NCBI GenBank assembly: GCA_964411615.1
Contig: CAYPLO010000024.1
Coordinates: 3,121 to 25,126, forward strand
Direction of reading: 5' to 3'
DNA from: an uncultured Aquificales bacterium
GTDB lineage: Bacteria; Thermosulfidibacterota; Thermosulfidibacteria; Thermosulfidibacterales; Thermosulfidibacteraceae
Length of the DNA: 22,006 nt
Part shown: piece by piece, positions 10,434-18,810 of the stretch
Layout of the letters: every line of letters starts with the position of its first letter
Position numbering within the stretch: the first letter of the stretch is position 1
Program-made: the position numbers and the translations under genes
Notes under the pieces: generated by a model
Told to the model about the DNA's origin: nothing
The model's database searches: none
Seen by the model: the letters and a program-made list of their open reading frames with translations, nothing else

Positions 10434-11183
10434 CTCAACCTCCCCGTGGTTTCGGATAGAAGCACCCTGCCTATTAAACAGATTTTTCTTATAAATGCAA
10501 TCCAGGGCCTCAACGATGCTTTTGACAACCCCCCGGGGATTATCTGAAGAGTAAACGGGCCTTCCCAGCACCACAAAGTGAGCACCCCTTTCCAGCGCCT
10601 CCTGAGGGGTGGCCACCCTCTTCTGGTCTCCAGGAGACGCACCATGGGGCCTCACCCCGGGGACTACCCTGATAAGATGAGGGGCAACCTCCTCAACAAC
10701 GGAAAGCTCATGAAAAGAGCAGACCACACCGTCAATTCCCGCCTGAGCACCCAGACCCACGAGCCGGCGGACCTGCTCCTTCACACAGTCCCGAACCCCG
10801 ACCTCCCGGAGGTCCCCGTCTCCCATGGAGGTTAAGACGCTCACCCCAAGCACAAGGGGCAACCCGTCAACCTTCCCCTCAAGGGCCGCCTCAAGCATCC
10901 TTCTGCCGCCGGCCAGATGGACCGTCACCATGTACGCCCCCATGGATGCGGCGGAGGTCACGGCCCCTCTCACGGTGTTGGGGATATCGTGGAACTTCAC
11001 GTCAAGAAAGACACTTTTACCCCTTGAGGCTATCTCCTCAACTATGGAGGGGCCATACCTCAAAAAGAGAATGGGGCCCACCTTGTATATGTCAACGTAA
11101 TCGGCCGTCTCCTCAACAAGCTCCAAAGCCCTGGACCTCTCGGGAACATCAAGGGCCACTATCACAGGGGATAGACTATCCAC
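10122..11183 (-). CDS. pyrF: Orotidine-5'-phosphate decarboxylase (domain ~10500-11183); no own stop, ORF continues into the ArsR domain
   Basis: VIVALD, YKVG, FLDVKFHDIPNTV (DxKxxD), VSVLTS, DGVVCS, VPGVRP, DQKRVATP, VLGRPV; GTG start with SD. Confidence 0.92.
   Translation of the reverse strand: MDSLSPVIVALDVPERSRALELVEETADYVDIYKVGPILFLRYGPSIVEEIASRGKSVFLDVKFHDIPNTVRGAVTSAASMGAYMVTVHLAGGRRMLEAALEGKVDGLPLVLGVSVLTSMGDGDLREVGVRDCVKEQVRRLVGLGAQAGIDGVVCSFHELSVVEEVAPHLIRVVPGVRPHGASPGDQKRVATPQEALERGAHFVVLGRPVYSSDNPRGVVKSIVEALDCIYKKNLFNRQGASIRNHGEVEVEERIYEEMAEYIKALAHPTRLKILEYLMKEKMTCVKFLWEELGLQQSNVSQHLAILKQRGIIDSRKEGVKTCYWIKDENAVKLFHFVKSVVTEALDKEQEQG
10473..10500 (-). promoter_or_regulatory. Candidate sigma70 promoter with overlapping imperfect inverted repeat (possible ArsR operator)
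   Basis: AT-rich island in GC-rich DNA: TTGCAT-N16-TTTAAT. Repeat ATTTATAAGA-AAAA-TCTGTTTAAT matches at 7 of 10 positions. Confidence 0.55.
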
Positions 11184-13560
11184 CCTTCTCCTCCATCCAC
11201 CTGTCCATAATCCTCACCGCCTCAACAGCGTTCTCCGCATAGGCGTCTGCCCCTATGCTCCTTGCAAAATCTTCAGTCACAACGGCTCCACCAACCATTG
11301 TGAAGACCTTTATTCCATGCCTCTTCAGCTCCTCTATCACCCTCTTCATCTCCATCATGGTGGTGGTCATGAGGGCAGACAGGCCCACCGCATCGGGCTT
11401 GACCCTCTTTGCCTCCTCCACAATCCTGCTGGCAGGCACGTTCTTGCCCAGGTCAATCACCCTGTATCCGTGGTTCTCCAAAAGCATGGCCACAATGTTC
11501 TTCCCTATGTCGTGTATGTCACCCTCAACGGTGGCAAGGATTATGGTGCCCTTAACCTCCTGGGGTCTGTCCCTGAAGGCCTCCTTTATCACGGAGAAGG
11601 CCCCCTTCATGGCCTTGGCGGAGGCCATGAGCTGGGGCAGGAAGAAGAGCCCCCGCTCGTACCTGTCACCCACCTCCTCCATGGCGGGAACCAGAATATC
11701 GTTTATTATCTTAAGTGGCTCGTATTTTTTGAGAAGCTCGGCGGTGAGCTCCTTGGCCCTCTCCTCATCCCCCTCTATAACGCTCTCCTTAAGCTCCTCC
11801 TCAGGGGTCTTCGCCCTCTTCACAGTGGTTGAGGGTGTCTCTTCCGATTCCCTCATCCTCTCAAGGTACCTTCTGGCCCCTGGGTCCCTGCCCGCAAGGA
11901 GGGCACCTGAAACAAAGGCCCCCATCACCTGCCGGTTCTCAGGGTTTATTATGGCCGCATCAAGGCCACAGCACAGAGCTGCGGAGAGGAAGGCTGCGTT
12001 CAACACGGACCTTGAGGGCAGTCCGAAGGAGACGTTGCTCACCCCCAGAATAGTGTGGAAACCCTCCCCCTTGGCCAGTCTGACGGCCTCCAAGGTTACA
12101 GAGGCGGCCGTATCATGGGCGGAGACGGCCATCACAAGGCAGTCAAGGAGCAGGTCGTTCTTAGAAAGGCCAAAGGATTCCGCCTCCTCCAGTGCCCTCC
12201 TGCCAAGGGCCACCCTCCCCTCAGGGGTCTCGGGTATCCCTTTCTCGTCCATGGGAAGGACCAGAAGGGCAGCCCCGTACCTTGCAGCAAGGGGGAGCAT
12301 CCTCTCAAGCCTCTTCCTCTCAAGGGTGGTGGAGTTTATTACGGGCCTTCCGTCGCAGAGCTTCAGGGCCTCCTCAACGGCCTCAGGGTTGCTGGAGTCT
12401 ATCATCACAGGCATACCGGTTGCCGTCTGCACAGCGGCGCAGATGAAGGGGAGCATGCTCACCTCATCAACACCGCCCATACCCACGTTCACATCCAGTA
12501 TGTCGGCCCCGCTCTCCTTCTGGGAGAGGGCCGCCTTAACGGCCCAGGTGGCCCTGCCCGACTTCAGGTCCTCCTGGAACTCCCTCTTTCCCGTAGGGTT
12601 TATCCTCTCCCCCACCACGACGGGGTAGTGGCCGCCCCCTATGAAGACCACCCGGTCTCTGCCCGAAACCCTCAGCACACCCTGAGGCTCCCTGACCACA
12701 GGCTTCAGCCCCTCAAGGGCCTCCCTGAGGGCCCTTATGTGCTCAGGGGTTGTACCGCAACACCCACCCAGCAGCCAGGCCCCGGCCTCAACGAACCCCG
12801 CTGCATAGGAGGCGAACTCCCCGGGACCCAAGGGGAATACGGTCCTTCCATCAACCACACGGGGCATACCGGCGTTTGGCATGAAGATTAAGGGACAGGA
12901 GGTTACGGAGGCCATCTTGGTGGCCACCTCAATCATCCTGTCGGGCCCCGTGGAGCAGTTGGCCCCTATGGCAACCACCCCCATGGCCTCAAGAGCCACG
13001 GCAGCAGCCTCAGGTGTGACCCCCAGGAGGGTCTTGCCGTCCTCCTGAAAGGTCATCATGGCCACCACGGGAAGCCCAACGTCCCTTGCGGCAAGAATAG
13101 CGGCCTTTGCCTCCCTTATGTCTGACATGGTCTCCACAAAGATTAAGTCCGCTCCCCCGTCCCTAAGCCCCCTTATCTGCTCCCTGAAGGCATCATAGGC
13201 CTCGTCAAAGGAGATGTTGCCCACAGGCCTCAGTATCCTGCCCAGGGGCCCCACGGAGCCTGCAACAAGCACATCATCTCCTGCGGCCCTCCTGGCTATG
13301 CGGGCCGCCTTCATGGAGAGCCTGTAGGCCTCCCCCTCCAGCCCGTAGTTGGCAAGCTTCACAGGGGAGGAGCCGAAGCTGTTGGTCTCAATAATGTCTG
13401 CCCCCGCCTCAATGTAGGCCCTGTGTATGCTGTAGATGAGCTCCTCGTGGGTCTCGTTGAGCAGCTCGGGAGCCCCCTTCACCTCCACGCCGCTTGCCTG
13501 AATCATGGTGCCCATGCCGCCGTCAACAACCACAACCCTTTTGCCCAGAATCTCCAGCAT
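11176..13560 (-). CDS. metH: Cobalamin-dependent methionine synthase core (Hcy-binding, pterin-binding, cap and B12-binding domains; no AdoMet reactivation domain)
   Basis: DGGMGTMI, GANC and GGCCGTTPEHI (Zn ligands), GERINPTGK, DVNVG, LGVSNVSFGLP, FLPQL, ATVEGDIHDIGKNIV (DxHxxG), GGAVV; 794 aa. Confidence 0.93.
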   Translation of the reverse strand: MLEILGKRVVVVDGGMGTMIQASGVEVKGAPELLNETHEELIYSIHRAYIEAGADIIETNSFGSSPVKLANYGLEGEAYRLSMKAARIARRAAGDDVLVAGSVGPLGRILRPVGNISFDEAYDAFREQIRGLRDGGADLIFVETMSDIREAKAAILAARDVGLPVVAMMTFQEDGKTLLGVTPEAAAVALEAMGVVAIGANCSTGPDRMIEVATKMASVTSCPLIFMPNAGMPRVVDGRTVFPLGPGEFASYAAGFVEAGAWLLGGCCGTTPEHIRALREALEGLKPVVREPQGVLRVSGRDRVVFIGGGHYPVVVGERINPTGKREFQEDLKSGRATWAVKAALSQKESGADILDVNVGMGGVDEVSMLPFICAAVQTATGMPVMIDSSNPEAVEEALKLCDGRPVINSTTLERKRLERMLPLAARYGAALLVLPMDEKGIPETPEGRVALGRRALEEAESFGLSKNDLLLDCLVMAVSAHDTAASVTLEAVRLAKGEGFHTILGVSNVSFGLPSRSVLNAAFLSAALCCGLDAAIINPENRQVMGAFVSGALLAGRDPGARRYLERMRESEETPSTTVKRAKTPEEELKESVIEGDEERAKELTAELLKKYEPLKIINDILVPAMEEVGDRYERGLFFLPQLMASAKAMKGAFSVIKEAFRDRPQEVKGTIILATVEGDIHDIGKNIVAMLLENHGYRVIDLGKNVPASRIVEEAKRVKPDAVGLSALMTTTMMEMKRVIEELKRHGIKVFTMVGGAVVTEDFARSIGADAYAENAVEAVRIMDRWMEEKGG

Positions 13561-13568
13561 CCCTCACC

Positions 13569-14942
13569 TCATATGGCATTCTGGGAGATGAAGTCCCTGA
13601 CCGCCCCTGTGTGGGGGGGCAAAACCACAAACCTTCTCTTTTTACCCTCAAGGGCCCTTATGGCCTCAGGCTTGGGTGGATACCTGCCTATGGCCTCCCT
13701 CACCGCCTCCGGGAACTTGGCGGGATGGGCGGTGGCAAGGCATACGGTTGGGTATCTCTCATCAAACAGCTCAAGGGCCACCTTAACACCAACGGCGGTG
13801 TGGGGGTCCAGTATGTAGCCCGTCTCCCTATACACATTACTTATTGTCTCAAGGGTCTCCCTCTGGGTGGCAGAACCGGAGAGGAAATCCTCATGCACCC
13901 TCTCAAGCTCCTCAGGGGTGAAGGAGAGTCTTCCCGTCTGCCTGAAGCGCTCCATGGCCTCCCTCACCCTTTCGGGATTCTCCCCGTAGAGATAGTAGAG
14001 ATACCTCTCAAAGTTGCTGGCCACCTGTATATCCATGGAGGGGCTTATGGTGGGCACAACCTCCCCCACAGAGTAGTCCCCCCTGCTGATGAAGCGATGG
14101 AGGATGTCGTTCTCATTGGTGGCAAGGATGAGCCTATCTATGAGCCCCGTCATCCTCTTGGCCACGTATCCCGCAAATATGTTGCCGAAGTTCCCAGTGG
14201 GCACACAGACCCTGATGGGTGAGTCAAACTTCAGGGCGGCCCATACGTAGTAGACCACCTGAGCCAGCACCCTGGCCCAGTTTATGGAGTTCACGGCCCC
14301 AAGACTGTGCTTAGCCTTGAAGTCCAAATCGCCAAAAATCTCCTTCACTATGCGCTGGCAGTCGTCAAAGGTCCCCTCAACGGCTATGTTGAAGACGTTT
14401 GGGTCCTCAACGGTGGTCATCTGCATGTGCTGGACAGGGGAAACCCTATTGTGGGGGTGCAGTATAAATATGGCCATGTTCCTGCGTCCCTTCACCCCGT
14501 AGATGGCGGCGCTACCCGTATCTCCGGAGGTGGCCCCCAGAACGTTCATCTTACCGCCCCTTCTCTCCAGCAGGTACTCAAAGAGGTTCCCCAGAAACTG
14601 AAGAGCCACATCCTTAAAGGCAAGGGTGGGCCCGTAGAAGAGCTCCATGACGTGCAGCCTCCCCACCCTCACAAGGGGAACCACCTCGGGATGCTCAAAG
14701 GTGGCGTAGGAACGCTCTATTAGCCCCCTCAGGTCCTCCCCGGGGATATCACCCACGAAAAGCCTCATCACCTCAAAGGCCAGCTCCGTGTAGGAGAGCC
14801 CCCTCCAGCTATCAAGGGTGCCCCCGTCAACGGTGGGTATAACCTCCGGAAGGAGGAGACCCCCGTCTGTGGCAAGCCCCATCATGACAGCCTCAGAAAA
14901 GGGAATGCCCCTTACCCCACCCCTGGTGCTCAGGTACCTCAT
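13569..14942 (-). CDS. thrC: Threonine synthase
   Basis: MRYLSTRG, GLATDGGL, ELFYGPTLAFKDVAL (PLP Lys), ATSGDTGSAA, AVNSINWAR, VPTGNFGN, SPSMDIQVASNFER, LDPHTA, TAHPAKF. Confidence 0.97.
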   Translation of the reverse strand: MRYLSTRGGVRGIPFSEAVMMGLATDGGLLLPEVIPTVDGGTLDSWRGLSYTELAFEVMRLFVGDIPGEDLRGLIERSYATFEHPEVVPLVRVGRLHVMELFYGPTLAFKDVALQFLGNLFEYLLERRGGKMNVLGATSGDTGSAAIYGVKGRRNMAIFILHPHNRVSPVQHMQMTTVEDPNVFNIAVEGTFDDCQRIVKEIFGDLDFKAKHSLGAVNSINWARVLAQVVYYVWAALKFDSPIRVCVPTGNFGNIFAGYVAKRMTGLIDRLILATNENDILHRFISRGDYSVGEVVPTISPSMDIQVASNFERYLYYLYGENPERVREAMERFRQTGRLSFTPEELERVHEDFLSGSATQRETLETISNVYRETGYILDPHTAVGVKVALELFDERYPTVCLATAHPAKFPEAVREAIGRYPPKPEAIRALEGKKRRFVVLPPHTGAVRDFISQNAI

Positions 14943-15758
14943 CTATCCCTCCAGGTTCAGTATCCTCGCCGCATTCCTGTAGAGTATGGCCTCCTTGGCG
15001 GCCTCCGATATGGGAAGCGCCATGAAGGCCTCTATGGTCTCCCTCATGGGAACACCGGGCCAGTCGGTGCCGAAGAGGAACTTCTCCTTGAGCCTCTCCA
15101 TCTGGGGGAAGTAGTCCAGAAGCCTCCTAACCGGCAACCCCGATATATCTATATACACGTTCCTTCTGTGCCTGACCACGAACTGGGCATCCTGATACCA
15201 GAAGCCCCTGCCCCCATGGGACATGATGAGAACAAGCTCAGGGAAATCTGCGGCAATCTCATTCACCAGCTTCGGGTCCCCGTATCTGTCAGAAGCGCCG
15301 GGGAAGATGGAGGAGCCGGCGTGAACCATGACGGGAATTCCGTGCTTCTGGCAGATGTAGTAGACGGGATACAGAACGCTATCGGTTATCCAGAACCTCT
15401 GGTGGACGGGATGGAGCTTGAGTCCCCTGACCCCCATCTCTATGTACCTCTCCATATCCCGGTAGGGGTAGCATGTGAGGTGAGGGTTGATGTTGGCAAA
15501 GGGCAGAAGCCTGGGATGCCCCTTGCAGAACTCCACCACCTCCTCGGTGGGGGTATCCCCCGTCACCTGGGGAGCCCTCTCAGCCAGCACCACAGCGTAC
15601 TCAACCCCCGCCTCGTCCATGTATCTTATAAGGTTCTCAGGGGTGTAGTTCTCCACAAGCCACATGTCCTTCGGGTTCATCCTCTCCCACCACTCCCTCA
15701 CCCAGGGCTTCCAGCTCTCCCCCTTAGCGTAGTGGGTGTGTATGTCTATGGCCCTCAT
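14943..15758 (-). CDS. Amidohydrolase superfamily protein (Amidohydro_2 / COG2159-like), substrate unknown
   Basis: IDIHTH (HxH), GLKLHP, PVMVHAG, IMSHGG, VYIDIS, LFGTDWP, ILYRNAARIL. Confidence 0.9.
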   Translation of the reverse strand: MRAIDIHTHYAKGESWKPWVREWWERMNPKDMWLVENYTPENLIRYMDEAGVEYAVVLAERAPQVTGDTPTEEVVEFCKGHPRLLPFANINPHLTCYPYRDMERYIEMGVRGLKLHPVHQRFWITDSVLYPVYYICQKHGIPVMVHAGSSIFPGASDRYGDPKLVNEIAADFPELVLIMSHGGRGFWYQDAQFVVRHRRNVYIDISGLPVRRLLDYFPQMERLKEKFLFGTDWPGVPMRETIEAFMALPISEAAKEAILYRNAARILNLEG

Positions 15759-15820
15759 TGCCTCCCCCGCAAAACCTGCTATTTTCTAACAAGTATAACA
15801 CGGAGGGGGAGACATGAAAA
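15758..15820. promoter_or_regulatory. Candidate divergent, face-to-face extended -10 promoters
   Basis: Minus strand: TTTTCA-N17-TATACT with TGn (15820-15792). Plus strand: TTGCCT-N16-TATTTT with TGn (15758-15785). Both lie in or at the 55-nt divergent gap. Confidence 0.45.
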
Positions 15821-17181
15821 CGGTGATTCTTGCGGGAGGGGGAGGAACGAGACTCTTTCCCCTGTCCAGGGAGGAGCTACCCAAGCAGTTCATCAGGCTG
15901 AACCAGGATGAATCCCTGCTGCAGATGGCCTACCGTAGGGCGAAACTCATCTCGGAAGGGATTGCTGTGGCCACAAGGGAGAAGTACAGGTTCCTGGTGG
16001 CGGAACAGCTCAACCATCAGGTCCCCCTCATACTGGAGCCCGCTCTTAGAAACACCACCGCAGCCATCGTATACGCCATAAAGTATGGGTGCTGTGAGTT
16101 TGGCTGGGATATGGAGGAGGTCTTCGCCTTCACCCCTGCAGACCACAGGATAGAGCCGGAGGAGAAGTTTGCAGAGGACATGAAAAGGGCAGAGGAGCTG
16201 GCCCTTGAAGGCCACATCGTGGTGCTGGGAGTTCCCCCCACAGGGCCATCCACGGAGTTCGGATACATAAAGGCAGGAGACCCCATCAACGGAGGATACA
16301 GGGTTGAGGCCTTCACAGAGAAGCCCCCTCTGGAAAGGGCAAGGGCCATGATTGAGGAGGGAGGGTACTACTGGAACAGCGGCATATACGTGGCAAAGGG
16401 GAATGTGCTCCTTGAGGAGCTTGTCAGGTGCTCTCCGGAGTTTGAGAGGTTCGTGAAGATGGAACTTCACGAGCTAAGGGACAGCTACCACGAGATGCCC
16501 AGTATACCCATAGACAAGTCCCTCTCCGAAAAGAGCAGCCTCATGGCCATGGTCCCCGCCACCTTCTCCTGGATGGACATGGGAAGCTGGGATGCGGTGG
16601 ACAGGATACTGCCCAAGGACGAAGAGGGAAACTGCGACCTCTCCAAGAGGGGGATTCTCGTGGACGTCAGGGACACCACCGTGATAGCCAGAAGCACCCT
16701 CCCCGTCGTTATTGGCGTGGAGGGGCTTGTGGTTGTTGAGGACAGGGACGTTCTGCTGGTGGCCCGAAAGGGTGAAACCCCCAAGGTGAGGGAGGTGGTG
16801 GAGAGGCTCAAAGCGGAAGGAAGGAGAGAGGCCTTAGAGCACACAAGGGTCTACAGGCCCTGGGGCTACTACGAGGAGCTGCTTAAGGGGGACAGATTCA
16901 AGGTCAAAAGGATAAAGGTGCTTCCCGGAAAACGCCTGAGTCTGCAGATGCACCACCACCGGAGTGAACACTGGGTGGTTGTGAGGGGAACCGCCAAGAT
17001 TACAGTGGGAGAAAAGACCTTCTTCCTTCACGAGAACGAAAGCGTTTATGTTCCCAAATCCACCCTCCACAGGATAGAGAACGTGGGGAAGATTCCCTTA
17101 GAGATTGTTGAGGTCCAGACGGGAGAGTATGTGGAAGAGGACGACATAGTGAGGGTGGATGACGACTGGAAGAGGGAGTGA
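15814..17181 (+). CDS. manC: Mannose-1-phosphate guanylyltransferase / mannose-6-phosphate isomerase (bifunctional)
   Basis: ILAGGGGTRLFPLSR..PKQF, EPALRNT, PADH, FGYI, FTEKP, WNSG, WMDMGSW; C-terminal cupin RPWGYY, LSLQMHHHRSEHWVVV, EVQTGEYVEEDDIVR. Confidence 0.95.
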   Translation: MKTVILAGGGGTRLFPLSREELPKQFIRLNQDESLLQMAYRRAKLISEGIAVATREKYRFLVAEQLNHQVPLILEPALRNTTAAIVYAIKYGCCEFGWDMEEVFAFTPADHRIEPEEKFAEDMKRAEELALEGHIVVLGVPPTGPSTEFGYIKAGDPINGGYRVEAFTEKPPLERARAMIEEGGYYWNSGIYVAKGNVLLEELVRCSPEFERFVKMELHELRDSYHEMPSIPIDKSLSEKSSLMAMVPATFSWMDMGSWDAVDRILPKDEEGNCDLSKRGILVDVRDTTVIARSTLPVVIGVEGLVVVEDRDVLLVARKGETPKVREVVERLKAEGRREALEHTRVYRPWGYYEELLKGDRFKVKRIKVLPGKRLSLQMHHHRSEHWVVVRGTAKITVGEKTFFLHENESVYVPKSTLHRIENVGKIPLEIVEVQTGEYVEEDDIVRVDDDWKRE

Positions 17182-17972
17182 TGCTCTATCAGGCAAGGGT
17201 CCCCATCCCTTCGGAAGAGGAGGGGGAGGAGCTTGCCCTCAGGATAAACCCCTCAGGCGGATGGGCCATTGAGGAGAGGGATGGTCTGTGGCTTCTCCTC
17301 TACCTCACAGAGGAAGAGCTGCCAAAGGTGGAAGAATTGAACTGCACCGTTGAAGAGGCCCCCTCCTGGGAAGATAGGTTCAGGGAGAGCTTCAGGGGAC
17401 AGGAGGTCCCACCCTTCTTCATTAGGCCCCCCTAGATACCACCCAAGGAGGGGATGATGGACATCGTGATAAACCCGGGCTCCGGCTTCGGCACGGGGGA
17501 ACATCTCAGCACCCAGGCCGTCCTCACCATGATGAGCAGGATTGAGATGCCACAGAAGGTTCTGGATGTGGGATGCGGCTCGGGGATACTCTCCATAGCC
17601 GCCGTAAGGCTTGGAGCCAGCAGGGTTGTGGCCTGCGACATAGACCCCCTGGCCGTATCCAACGCAAAGGAGAACCTCAAGCTCAACGGTGTAAAGGGCA
17701 TATACCTTATTCTGGGAACCCCCTCCTGCATAGGGGAGAGATTTCCCCTGGTGATGGCCAACATAGACTTCTTCACCCTGACCACCCTCAGGGAGGAGCT
17801 CGCCAGGCTCACCGAAGATGGTGGGACACTGCTTCTGTCCGGGATACTCAGGGAGGATGAGGAGACCGTAGTCCAGCTCTACCGTCAGGTGGGATTCACC
17901 CTGAAGAAAGCCATAAACATAGGGGACTGGAGCGGTTTACATCTTGAAAGAAGTGGTATAAAGGGAAGCTGA
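17181..17972 (+). pseudogene. prmA: Ribosomal protein L11 methyltransferase interrupted by an in-frame TAG at 17433-17435
   Basis: ORFs 17178-17435 and 17454-17972 share one frame: ...FFIRPP*IPPKEGMMDIVINPGSGFGTGEHLST...VLDVGCGSGILSIAA...DID...ANI...LSGIL. PrmA normally reads P-P/S-W here. Pseudogene, split gene and base-call error cannot be told apart from sequence alone. Confidence 0.8.
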
Positions 17973-18805
17973 TGCTGGCGGAGATAATAGCCATAGGCAG
18001 GGAGCTCCTCACGGGAAAGACCTTGGACACCAACTCCCACTGGCTCGCCCAGCAGCTCACCGGGATGGGGATAAGGGTTAAAAGAATCGTTCTCGTGGAC
18101 GACGTGGTTGACGAGATAGCCCAGGAGGTCCTCACCTCCGTAAAATACGGGGTAAAACTGATAATCACCACAGGGGGGCTCGGTCCCACCTTCGACGATA
18201 AGACCTTAGAGGCCATATCCAAGGCCACGGGGAGAAGGCTCCAGCTCAACCTGCAGGCCCTGAAGATGGTGGAGGAGAGTTACAGGAGGTTCCATCAGCT
18301 GGGATACGTTGATTCGCCGGAGATAACCCCCGAAAGGAAGAAGATGGCCATAATACCCGATGGAGCCATCCCCATACCCAATCCCGTGGGGGCAGCCCCC
18401 GGTGTCATGCTGAAGATAGGACCGCACATAATAGTATCCCTTCCCGGGGTCCCAAAGGAGATGAAGGCCATATTTGAGAATCACGTGAAGCCCAGGATAG
18501 AGGAGCTCATAAAGCAGGAGGGCAAGGGAAGGAAGGTGAGGGAGAGGACCGTCAGCAGCGGCCTCTCCGACGAGTCCGTCATAGCCTCGGCGGTCAAAAA
18601 GGTTATGGAGAGGGTTCCTGGCGTCTATATAAAGAGTCTGCCCGACACCTTCGGCAAAGAGGTGGATATACCGGTAAGGTTCACAGCGGAGGCGGAGACA
18701 GAGGAGGAGGCTGAGAGGCTCCTCAACAAGGCGGTAAACCTCTTCTTCTCCACCCTTAAAGGGGACTTGACAAATGGAAGAGAAGGTATCAATAAAGATA
18801 ACTGA
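17972..18805 (+). CDS. CinA-like / COG1058 molybdopterin-binding-fold protein without the PncC domain
   Basis: AEIIAIGRELLTGKTLDTNSHWL, TTGGLGPTFDDKT, KMAIIP, NPVGAAPG, SLPGVPKEM; 277 aa. Confidence 0.88.
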   Translation: MLAEIIAIGRELLTGKTLDTNSHWLAQQLTGMGIRVKRIVLVDDVVDEIAQEVLTSVKYGVKLIITTGGLGPTFDDKTLEAISKATGRRLQLNLQALKMVEESYRRFHQLGYVDSPEITPERKKMAIIPDGAIPIPNPVGAAPGVMLKIGPHIIVSLPGVPKEMKAIFENHVKPRIEELIKQEGKGRKVRERTVSSGLSDESVIASAVKKVMERVPGVYIKSLPDTFGKEVDIPVRFTAEAETEEEAERLLNKAVNLFFSTLKGDLTNGREGINKDN

Positions 18806-18810
18806 CTTGT

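Noticed and set aside
11255..12891. Long antisense ORFs opposite metH (also 8347-9231, 1830-2561, 4500-5162, 13494-14222, 15168-15911, 18206-19141)
   Set aside because: Shadow frames of well-supported genes, Ser- or Leu/Pro/His-rich and without motifs, as expected from GC-rich, purine-biased codon usage.
17433..17435. Genome-wide TAG reassignment or pyrrolysine read-through to explain the prmA stop
   Set aside because: TAG is the normal terminal stop of the MCP, pyk, hldA, thrS, metH, amidohydrolase and response regulator genes here. No pyl genes are in the window, and the expected residue is Trp.
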